NCBI GenBank assembly: GCA_963834975.1
Contig: CAWIDZ010000004.1
Coordinates: forward strand, 127,154-191,153
DNA: 64,000 nucleotides
Reading direction: 5' to 3'
Source of the DNA: Blastocatellia bacterium
GTDB taxonomy: Bacteria; Acidobacteriota; Blastocatellia; Pyrinomonadales; Pyrinomonadaceae
The notes beneath the pieces are model-generated. The model saw only the letters and a program-made list of their open reading frames with translations. It was not told where the DNA came from and did not search any database. Shown piece by piece: positions 7,908-16,041 of the stretch. Made by a program: the position numbers and the translations under genes. Numbering within the stretch: position 1 is the first letter of the stretch; each line of letters starts with the position of its first letter.

Positions 7908-7934
7908 AAAAAAGGGGCCGCTTTTGACGGCCCC
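7908..7934 (-). terminator. Rho-independent terminator (minus strand)
   Basis: GGGGCCG (7914-7920), loop CTTTTGA, CGGCCCC (7928-7934). On the minus strand the hairpin is followed by T6 (7908-7913). It lies 60 nt downstream of the small ORF 7994-8128. Confidence 0.8.
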
Positions 7935-7993
7935 GGGTGCTGATCTTTCGTCTAAATATTTTTCCCATAACTCTCGCGGACACATCCGGCGGT

Positions 7994-8128
7994 TCATGCT
8001 TGATGAATCCACGCGTATAAAGAAAGATCGCTCAGGCCGCTGGCGGCATACTGATCGCCACCTAAACGGCCGATCTTGTCCGGCGGACTGTCGCCGGCAT
8101 AAATGTCATTATTTGTATTTGTCGACAT
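7994..8128 (-). CDS. Small ORF (44 aa), hypothetical peptide
   Basis: MSTNTNNDIYAGDSPPDKIGRLGGDQYAASGLSDLSLYAWIHQA. There is a G-rich stretch 11-14 nt upstream of the ATG, and a strong intrinsic terminator follows. No homology recognised. Confidence 0.35.
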   Translation of the reverse strand: MSTNTNNDIYAGDSPPDKIGRLGGDQYAASGLSDLSLYAWIHQA

Positions 8129-8333
8129 AATAACTAAGCCCCCATTGATAAGGATTGTGGCCATCGGCCACATTAATATCTGACCACGACCTGGCCGTTT
8201 CGTATGTTTAGCCGCATACAATACGGGCGAATATTATTCTTTCCATTGGGTATTCTGCAATACAATCATCGTCTTAAATGATCGTCATAATTATTCTATT
8301 AATTTTTTTCATAGCTGCGCGTTAAGCGAATGT

Positions 8334-8368
8334 GGGTGCCCATTCAGATCGAATGGGCCCCTTTTTTT
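8334..8368 (+). terminator. Orphan intrinsic terminator on the plus strand (candidate sRNA 3' end or leader attenuator of the SRAP gene)
   Basis: GGGTGCCCATTC (8334-8345), loop AGATC, GAATGGGCCCC (8351-8361), then T7 (8362-8368). There is no plus-strand CDS upstream. It lies 78 nt before the ATG at 8446. Confidence 0.6.
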
Positions 8369-8445
8369 CGATCTGTATCCCCGCCTCAGGGTCGGGGACG
8401 GAAGCAAAATAGACCGGCTTTGCTGCATTGTTGTAACCTAGGAAT

Positions 8446-9060
8446 ATGTGTGGACGATATAAGATGACTGCCGAGCAGCAGGAACTGTTCGATCAGATGC
8501 CTTACCTCGAACAGGATGAATATTTTGATATTCACGGCTATAAAAAGCAGCCTGAGATATTTCCGGGAACCGAGATATTGGCGGTCAACAATAAACATAA
8601 AGCCGAGGCCGTCTGGTGGACAATTGAGGATTTTGACTACAAAGGCGTTTGGCGGCGGGCTATAAATGCAAAGTCGGAAAATGTCCGATTTGCCAATATG
8701 TTCAAGGAAGCTTTTTTCACCGACCGCATTCTTATCCCGGCCACAGGTATCTTCGAATGGCAGGATCAGCCCGACAAAACCAAGAAGAAATTTGAGATAT
8801 GGTTTGATGAGCCTGTTTTTGCACTCGGAGGCCTGGCCAGAGAATGTGAGATCAAAGGCGGATCTAAACGCTGCGGTGTGATCCTGACGACTCGTGCCAA
8901 TGAGGTTTTTGCCGAGATCCACAATTCAAAGCAGCGGCAGGCGGTCGTTGTTCGCCGGCCTGACTACGAAAAATGGCTCGACCCGTCCACCCCATTCCAG
9001 GAATTAGAAAGGATTATGGAACCGGTTGATAACGAAGAAACCCACTTTAAGAGCGTCTGA
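8446..9060 (+). CDS. SOS response-associated peptidase (SRAP/YedK-like abasic-site processing protein)
   Basis: It starts MCGRY, the catalytic Cys2 hallmark of SRAP proteins. At 204 aa its size is typical. Confidence 0.8.
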   Translation: MCGRYKMTAEQQELFDQMPYLEQDEYFDIHGYKKQPEIFPGTEILAVNNKHKAEAVWWTIEDFDYKGVWRRAINAKSENVRFANMFKEAFFTDRILIPATGIFEWQDQPDKTKKKFEIWFDEPVFALGGLARECEIKGGSKRCGVILTTRANEVFAEIHNSKQRQAVVVRRPDYEKWLDPSTPFQELERIMEPVDNEETHFKSV

Positions 9061-9070
9061 TCTCTCCCAT

Positions 9071-9112
9071 TTTAAAATAAAAAATGGCCTTTGGCTGTTA
9101 AGCCAAAAGCCC
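9071..9112 (-). terminator. Rho-independent terminator (minus strand) after the small membrane protein gene
   Basis: GGCCTTTGGC (9086-9095), loop, GCCAAAAGCC (9102-9111). On the minus strand it is followed by the T-rich run ATTTTTTATTTT. Confidence 0.6.
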
Positions 9113-9134
9113 ATTCTCCAAATTATAAGTTTGA

Positions 9135-9287
9135 TCAAACGACCGGACGACGGCCGGTGAGAAGCTGTACGACCAAAACGACCAGCGCGATCACCAGCAG
9201 CAAATGTATAAGGCTGCCCGCCGCCGGTACAAAACCAAATCCTAAAGCCCACAATACCAACAAAATTATAAAAATTGTCCAAAGCAT
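9135..9287 (-). CDS. lmo0937-family small membrane protein (50 aa)
   Basis: Manual translation gives MLWTIFIILLVLWALGFGFVPAAGSLIHLLLVIALVVLVVQLLTGRRPVV. This matches the MLWTI...GGLIH...GRR pattern of that family. It is too short for the ORF track. Confidence 0.7.
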   Translation of the reverse strand: MLWTIFIILLVLWALGFGFVPAAGSLIHLLLVIALVVLVVQLLTGRRPVV

Positions 9288-9465
9288 AAAAATAAACCCC
9301 CTTTTCGAATCTCAAATATGTCGAGGCCGAGATCGCCAAATACCTGGCTAGTTCGTTAATACCTTGACTCGCTGGACGAACTCTTTAACACCAACACCCT
9401 TATAGCCTACATATTTTCAAAATAAAGGTATGTACGGTCGCTTACAGTTATCAGAAATAGGTTTA

Positions 9466-9729
9466 TCAACTTTGAGCGTCGCGGGACCGGTCTTGCGAAA
9501 GATCCATGATATGCACTCTCAGATAATGCCGAAGGACGTGGTCTGTATGTTCATCGCAAAGGTCGCGGTGTTCTAAAGGAATCAGCGAACCGTTGATCGG
9601 TTCACCATCAAATACTCTTGCGCCAAAGCAAACATGTTTTGTTGACAGAACGATGCACTCAGCCCACTGACATTGGCCTTGCACCTGGTCCTTTTCCCCG
9701 ACCAGCATGGGTTGCTTTGTTTCGCTCAT
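9466..9729 (-). CDS. Hypothetical protein (87 aa)
   Basis: A strong RBS (GGGGGGAGGATTC) lies directly upstream of the ATG at 9729 (MSETKQ...). It sits downstream of the Crp-family gene on the same strand. Confidence 0.5.
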   Translation of the reverse strand: MSETKQPMLVGEKDQVQGQCQWAECIVLSTKHVCFGARVFDGEPINGSLIPLEHRDLCDEHTDHVLRHYLRVHIMDLSQDRSRDAQS

Positions 9730-9857
9730 TGAATCCTCCCCCCACAAGCAGACAATTCGTAACAAAATCAGCAAAAGAACTAATTGAATGGGAAAAATAT
9801 ATTGAAATCTGAAATTTCTGTCTGTTGCGCATGCAACATATAACGAGGGTCCTGGGA

Positions 9858-10562
9858 TTATTTGTCAACCGCGTAGGCGGCAGCGATAGTAGCGTAACAG
9901 GGACAAGTAAAAGCCTCGAGCCCCGGCCGGTCGATCATCGTAATAATGCCACGCGAATATGAGATCAGGCCGGCATTTTGCAGCTCGATCGCGGTCATTG
10001 TAACCGTTGATCGATTTGCGCCGAGCATCACGGCAATAAATTCCTGTGTGAGATTCATTACGTTTGATTGAGAGCGGTCATGACACATTAACAGCCAACG
10101 TGATAGGCGTAGCTCGGTCGTATGAAGCCTGTTGCAAAGAGCAGTCTGACTGATCTGAACGATCAGCTTACGGACAAATTTCAACAGCAGGTCGTGCAGG
10201 TCGCCACTGCGCGAAAATTCGGCCTGAAGATCTTCTGTCTTGATCCTCCAGGCACTATTAGCCATTTGTGTGATGTGCTCGTTGGTCGACCTGTCCGAAC
10301 CCAGAATAACGTCCAGGCCGGTTGCACCTTCGCTCCCGATCACTGACACCTCCGCACCCTGGCCCGCCTCAGTGTACGCAACGACCGAGATCATCGATCG
10401 CTCCGGAAAATAAACGTGAGAGATGGTTTCGTCGGCGGCGTAGAGTACCTTGCCCTGGCCGAGTTGAATGTGCTCAAGCATAGGACGGATCCTGTCCAAT
10501 GTTTCGGCCGAAAGCGCATTTAAAATTTGATTATGAGTCGCTGTCTGAGAATTGTCGTTCAT
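9858..10562 (-). CDS. Crp/Fnr family transcriptional regulator
   Basis: The layout is a cNMP-binding-like N-terminal part followed by a C-terminal HTH, LTQEFIAVMLGANRSTVTMTAIELQNAGLISYSRG. The probable start is the MNDNSQ Met at 10562 within the longer ORF. Confidence 0.75.
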   Translation of the reverse strand: MNDNSQTATHNQILNALSAETLDRIRPMLEHIQLGQGKVLYAADETISHVYFPERSMISVVAYTEAGQGAEVSVIGSEGATGLDVILGSDRSTNEHITQMANSAWRIKTEDLQAEFSRSGDLHDLLLKFVRKLIVQISQTALCNRLHTTELRLSRWLLMCHDRSQSNVMNLTQEFIAVMLGANRSTVTMTAIELQNAGLISYSRGIITMIDRPGLEAFTCPCYATIAAAYAVDK

Positions 10563-10793
10563 TTCCTGATCCTTTGTCCGGTGACGCGTTTGAACGCAGC
10601 AGACGGCAGAAGGAAATGATTGTTGGACAATTCCCGGTGTCGAGTGGTGAATTCGCAAAAAACAAAATTCGTTGTCAATAGTATCAGCCTATTAGGCATT
10701 ACCCTAGCAATATTTCACACGACCGAGTTCGTCCCTGGTATTCGGAAATCGGGACCGATCGGTTACGGTTACTTTGTTTATCTATAATTAAAG

Positions 10794-10858
10794 GAAAAAA
10801 AGCTGACAGGGCCGCGTATTTACGCCCTTTTAGCACTCCATCACAGCGGCCCTGTCAG
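10794..10858 (-). terminator. Terminator-like long hairpin after the repeat exoprotein gene
   Basis: A perfect 13-bp inverted repeat, CTGACAGGGCCGC (10803-10815) and GCGGCCCTGTCAG (10846-10858). On the minus strand it is followed by a T run (the A run at 10794-10801 on plus). Confidence 0.6.
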
Positions 10859-11018
10859 CAAATAATGGTCAGTTGAAAGAATAGTATATGTAGTGACAAC
10901 GGCTTGTCTGTTGTGCACGCAACACAGGGGCACTATTATGGCTATCTGTCCAAATAGAAAAAGCTGCCCGAAAACCTGTGTTTTCGAGCAGCCTGTTTTT
11001 GCCAATGCCGCTTTCGAT

Positions 11019-13683
11019 CTAGCGGGCTATTGCCGGAATGTCACCGGTGAGTCCAAAGTGGTATGCCTGGAATGTTCCGTCTGAACTTCGCAATACGTAC
11101 CAGTTGCCATCCGATGGACGAAAGACCGCAATGTCCGTTTTTCCGTCATCATCGTAATTACCTGCAACAGGGATGTCCCCGTTCAGGCCGAACGGCATCG
11201 CCTGGAATCCGCCGTCAGAGCTGCGGAGCGTGTACCACGTTCCCATCGAAGGCCGGTAAACCGTCTGGTCTGCTCTGCCGTCGCCGTCGAAGTCACCGCG
11301 GACCGGAATGTCACCGCTTAGACCAAAGTTCGTCGCGGCAAACTGTCCGTCAGAGCTTCGCAGCCAATACCAGTTGCCCTGGCTGGGACGGAACACGACG
11401 AGGTCGTCTTTGCCGTCACCATCCATATCAGCCGGGATCGGCAGGTCTTCGGCAATACCGAAATGGGTTGAGCGATTACCTGTGTTATTGCTCTGCTGGA
11501 TATACCAGACACCGTCTGATGGGCGATAGACCGCAATATCGATGCGTCCGTCACCGTCAAAGTCTCCGCGGACTGGAATATCCGTCGAAAGGCCCCACGA
11601 CGATTTGGTTACGCCTCCGTCCGAGCTGCGATTGATCTCCCAGGTACCCTGGCCGTTGTTGTTGCGGTAAACGGCTGCATCGGTACGTCCGTCGCCGTCA
11701 TAATCGGCTGACACGATCGTGTCCGAAGCCTGAACCGAATGGCAGGGCCGAAAAACCATTGGTATTTTGTACATACCATGTCCCGGTCGAAGGCCGGAAT
11801 ACTGAGAAATCATGACGGCCGTCGCCGTCAAAGTCGCTGTTTCTCGAATGATGTCTGAACGAGCCGCGGATCTCGCCTGCGGGGTTGTTCACGCTCATGA
11901 TCACTGCTGACCAGAGACCAGACCGAAGCTGCTGCACCGCCGCCCCTGATACATTAAAGGTGACGCTGGCAAAATGACCGTTCTGGCCGCCTACTACACC
12001 CAGATCGACGATCGTTGTTGATGTTCCGACCGTTGTTTCTATCCGTGCTCCCGTCTGATTGCTCGACAAATTGTGGAACTCGCCAAAGACGGTCGCTTGT
12101 GTCTCGTCGGCATTTAATGAAACCTTGATCTCACCGGTGGCAGATGTCGTAACCGGGGGCGTTACCTGGCTGCCGCTCAGATGCGTTTCAAAGGATCGGC
12201 CGAATGGGGTCGGGCTTGGTGTGCCGCCCGGTGTACCTGTCGGCGAAGGGCTCGGGCTGGCAAAGCTGCCGAAAGCTCCTGAAAGGATTGAAGCACCGCC
12301 GTTGTTAACAGAGATCGGTGTTCCGACGATGACGGTAGGTACCGTTTGTCCGTTGTCGCTTCTGAGACGGAGCCGGCCCTCGCCGCCGCTCTCGAGTATC
12401 ATCGAACCGGCGGTTGTGCCGTTTACGATAACGTTGAGCGATGTTCCGATCGGCAGGTTGACCTGACGGACGCGAACTTCGAGTTCTGTGCGGCTGCTAT
12501 GGATCTCATACTCTGCAAATCCGGTCGGCAGTACGCCATTCAATGTCGAACCTGTAAGTCCGGCGAAAAGATCGTTCCCATTAGGTGTACCACTTGGTGA
12601 CGGGCTAGGTGTGACCGATGGCGTTCCTGACGGGGTACCAGTCGGCGTCGCACTCGGAGTTCCCGATGGCGTACCGGTCGGTGATGGCGTCGGGCCGCCT
12701 GCTCCGAATATGCCGGAAACCAGAATGGTGCCGCCATTCCGAACCTCTACCGTCGAACCGTCATTAACAAACGGAACAGCCTGGCCGTCCTGGGTCCTTA
12801 ATTTAAGCTTGCCTTTTCCATTGATATCAACAATGGCCTGGCCAATAACGCTGCCATCGACAAACACGTCGAGGCTCGTTCCGGCTGCGAGATTAGTATC
12901 TTCCACCTCGACCTCTATTTCACGCTGTCCATTTGAATAAAGCTGCCAAACAGCCGCTCCGTGCGGGTTGATCGCACCGCTCGGCGCAACTAGATTTGCT
13001 GTACGTACCAATACCGGTGAGCCGGTCGGGGACGGGGAAGGTGTCGCGGTACCTGTTCCGCTGGGGGAAGGTGTCGCTGTACCCGTTCCCGATGGAGATG
13101 GAGTTGCCGTGCCGGTTCCTGATGGAGATGGGGTTGCCGTGCCGGTTCCTGAAGGTGAAGGAGTTGCCGTACCTGTGCCTGATGGCGATGGCGTCGCGGT
13201 ACCAGTACCTGACGGAGTGCCTGTAGGAGTCGGTCCGCCGCCGCCGAAAATGCCATTAACTAATACTGTGGGTCCAAATTGAACCTGAACGGTAGAGCCG
13301 TCATTAACGACCGGCACGGCCTGGCCGTCCTCGGTCTTAAGTTTTAATTTTGCTCTTTGGCGGTCATCAACGATCGCCTGGCCGATCAGATTTCCGTCAA
13401 CGAATACGTCAAGGCTCGTACCCATCGTAAAGTTGAGGTCCTCGGTTTCAACCTCTAATTCACGATTGCCGCTTTGATAGAGCTGCCATGCGGCGGCTCC
13501 GTGCGGATTGACGCTGCCGGTCGGTGACGTCAGATTTGCAGTACGGGTCAATATGACCGGCGTACCGTCGGCTTTTACATTATTTAGAAGAAATGGGACC
13601 GACACCCATGCTGTAAGCAATATGGCCGCAACGGTTAATTGCCAAACTATTTTGTTATACGATCTTGGATTTACTTTTTTCAT
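11019..13683 (-). pseudogene. Large secreted repeat protein (three roughly 105-aa modules, CHRD-like domain, FG-GAP/VCBS repeats) with one apparent frameshift near 11740
   Basis: The 661-aa ORF (11698-13683) has a signal peptide and three homologous modules (TANL..P.G..NPHGAA.WQLY...E.EVE.ED...GTSLDVFVDG). It also has a CHRD-like segment ending AGEIRGSF and begins FG-GAP repeats (DFDGDGRHDFSVFRPSTGTWY). The repeats continue in another frame in ORF 11019-11831 (ASDTIVSADYDGDGRTDAAVYR...). Confidence 0.75.
13029..13212 (-). repeat. Coding 30-bp tandem repeat (6 x SGTGTATPSP linker)
   Basis: The protein repeats GTGTATPSPS six times. The DNA units differ at synonymous positions. Confidence 0.85.
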
Positions 13684-14005
13684 TATTTTTTACCTGTCTG
13701 ATTTTTATTTACCCCATCTATGTGGGTGTCGTCATAAACACAGTGCAGTCAGGCGAGGGAAAAAGACATTAAGTGGACAGAAAAGGTGACGATCCCTAAA
13801 ACCGCATTCCGTTCAGTAAAGATCTGCTCTCAGAACAGCCTTTGGGAGCGTCTCAAATGTAATTGTGAATCCTGAGAAACTTTTTGGGAGCCTTAAACAA
13901 ATATGAGGCTCTTCAACAACACGGTTCAGCTCATTTACTTTCCGCGTTCAACCACCCGCTACCGCAGGTGGTTCTGACCTGGCGGGCCGCCGCCTCGACC
14001 CCTTT

Positions 14006-14183
14006 CTTCCGCGGCTTGCCGCATTGCAGTGCGGCGTGGCTGTGCCTCGACGTAAACTGTGCCTCCCTCTTCTTGTGGCTACGCCACCCTCTCGGCGAGG
14101 GAGGCATAGCCTCGGGAGTTTTGGGGGAGCGGCCACGGCGAGGCCGAGCCACGCCGCCGTGCGATGCGGCAGAGCCGCGAAGA
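14006..14183. repeat. GC-rich nested imperfect palindrome (MITE/REP-like element or structured RNA)
   Basis: The left arm cttccgcggcttgccgcattgcagtgcggcgtggctgtgcctcg (14006-14049) is the near reverse complement of the right arm cgaggccgagccacgccgccgtgcgatgcggcagagccgcgaag (14139-14183). An inner inverted repeat GCCTCCCTC / GAGGGAGGC lies at about 14060-14105. Confidence 0.7.
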
Positions 14184-14462
14184 TGCTGTAAACCTGAGAT
14201 GATCTGGCAAAATCGCGAAGACGCTGCAAAGCCGCCCAGCAGTCGGATACATGATCGAGGCAAAGATCGGAGACGCAGACGGCTATCAGATAGTCGGCAG
14301 ATCAATAAACCACTCATTCAAACACACCGGAGTACAACCCGGCGTGTCGGTCCGATACCGCGTCCGGTCACAAGCGAGGCGCGCAGGCGTCTCAGACTGG
14401 TCGAACGAGGCAGAGCAGTTTACAAAGGATGACGCTGGAATGAAGGCCGCTGAAAAGATAAA

Positions 14463-14488
14463 AGCTGCCCGGAATATTCCAGGCAGCT
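14463..14488 (-). terminator. Hairpin terminator downstream of the S8 protease gene (possibly bidirectional)
   Basis: AGCTGCC (14463-14469) pairs with GGCAGCT (14482-14488). T-rich tracts follow on both strands: TTTTATCTTTT on minus and CTTTTCC on plus. Confidence 0.5.
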
Positions 14489-14569
14489 CTTTTCCGGCTC
14501 GGGAACTCTCCTGAGATCGACGACTATTTCACGAAAGATCCCACTGAGCCAAAATCATTTTCACGACTA

Positions 14570-15925
14570 TTATTCGTTACATGCTGCAGGATTGGTCCCG
14601 CAAGCCGTATTATTGGTCAGAGCGCACAATGCATCGACGCGATTTGTTCTGATCTCTCCGCGAGTAGGATGCGTGCATCTCCATTCGATACCCGTTTCAG
14701 ACAATCGTTCTACGATCTGGTGGGGAACAAAGCCGGGGTTCGTCGCTTTTACCAGGGCAGCGATACCGGATGCGATCGGGGCAGCCATCGAGGTGCCTGA
14801 CCACATACCGTATCGGCCGCCGGGAATTGCGCTGACTATATTCTCACCGGGAGCGACCGCACGAATAAATCGATCACCACCGCTATTGCCAACGGACATG
14901 GTCGAAAAACTGGCTATATGTTCGTATCTCGTGCTTGCTCCAACCCCCAGTTGGGCGTCAATGCGATTACCGGCCGGATAAATAGGATCTCCGTTGCCGC
15001 CATTACCGGCACCCGAAATAACGACGACCTTGGATAAAAGTTCAGGAAATGTCTGAATCCCCGGCAGCGGAACACCATCACAATTATCGAGAAGGGCATG
15101 AAGCAGTTCAGGGTCAGAATCGTAGCCAAAGCTAATATTGATCACATTTGCTCCATGATTTGCGGCCCAAATAATAGCGGCCGTTACACGCCATAATTCG
15201 CCAACCCCGTCGCTATCGAGGATCCGGATAGGCATTATCTTCACATCAGGCGCCGTGAGCGCCACGATCCCTGCAACGTGTGTACCGTGGCCGTAGGCAG
15301 GATTCACTCTAATGATCCCTTCTTCACTCGGATCGGTATCACCCGAAACAAAGTCGTAGCCCGGAACGAGCCGCCCGGCAAATGCAGGATGGTTTAGATC
15401 GATGCCGGTATCCAGGACAGCAACAACGACTGGTTGGCCGTTGTCCACGCGAAGACCTTTATTTATTTGATGCGCTTCAGGAAGCCGCACTGTAAAGGGA
15501 AACCACTGCTTCATAAAGCCCTTTGCGCTGCCGCCGATCGCCCAAGATCGTCCGATGGCCCATGAGCGCCCGAGCGTCCAGGGAAGGCCTTCGTTCTCGA
15601 CCGATGAAAGTTCCCGATTGACCTCGACCCGTGAGATCCTGGCATCGCCCTGCATAGACGCCTGCAGTGCGCACGGCGTTTGAGTATTTGTCGGCAGCAG
15701 GGCCATCCGGTATGTCGGAGGTGAACCGACCTGGTCGATCGGTACAGCATTTAGCCCCCACATCGTTGCGACTGCGCCGAGATCTGATTGATTATTAAGG
15801 TTGACCAATATCTGCCCGGGAACAGCGTCGCAGGCGCTTCCCTGTCCAAAAGCAGAAGCGGCTATAAATAAAACCGTCGAAGCGGCGATAATTAGTTTCA
15901 GCCCTTTTTTATATAGATCTTTCAT
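14570..15925 (-). CDS. Secreted subtilisin-like serine protease (peptidase S8)
   Basis: The catalytic triad motifs are VAVLDTGIDLNHPAF (Asp), GHGTHVAGIVA (His) and SGTSMAAPIASG (Ser). There is an N-terminal signal peptide. The ATG is at 15925, with a TTG alternative at 15931. Confidence 0.9.
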   Translation of the reverse strand: MKDLYKKGLKLIIAASTVLFIAASAFGQGSACDAVPGQILVNLNNQSDLGAVATMWGLNAVPIDQVGSPPTYRMALLPTNTQTPCALQASMQGDARISRVEVNRELSSVENEGLPWTLGRSWAIGRSWAIGGSAKGFMKQWFPFTVRLPEAHQINKGLRVDNGQPVVVAVLDTGIDLNHPAFAGRLVPGYDFVSGDTDPSEEGIIRVNPAYGHGTHVAGIVALTAPDVKIMPIRILDSDGVGELWRVTAAIIWAANHGANVINISFGYDSDPELLHALLDNCDGVPLPGIQTFPELLSKVVVISGAGNGGNGDPIYPAGNRIDAQLGVGASTRYEHIASFSTMSVGNSGGDRFIRAVAPGENIVSAIPGGRYGMWSGTSMAAPIASGIAALVKATNPGFVPHQIVERLSETGIEWRCTHPTRGEIRTNRVDALCALTNNTACGTNPAACNE

Positions 15926-16041
15926 TTCCAATTAACTATTCTGACTATCAGTCCTCACCTTGACAGTGCGTTGACGCCCGTCTAAAAGACACCTTTTCAA
16001 AAAATATTTACACTTTCGATCAAAAACCCTTGTGACCGGCA

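Noticed and set aside
8386-8922. 178-aa ORF antisense to the SRAP gene
   Set aside because: The plus-strand ORF begins with the diagnostic MCGRY, and the antisense ORF has no support.
10893-11084. 63-aa Cys-rich ORF (possible small metal-binding peptide)
   Set aside because: It has no RBS, it overlaps the 3' end of the FG-GAP gene on the opposite strand, and it sits just beyond that gene's terminator region, so it is probably spurious.
13884-14432. Three mutually overlapping ORFs (182, 128 and 93 aa) in the GC-rich region
   Set aside because: They overlap in different frames and strands and are Arg/Ala/Pro-rich. They coincide with the nested palindrome, so they are better explained as a non-coding repeat or structured element.
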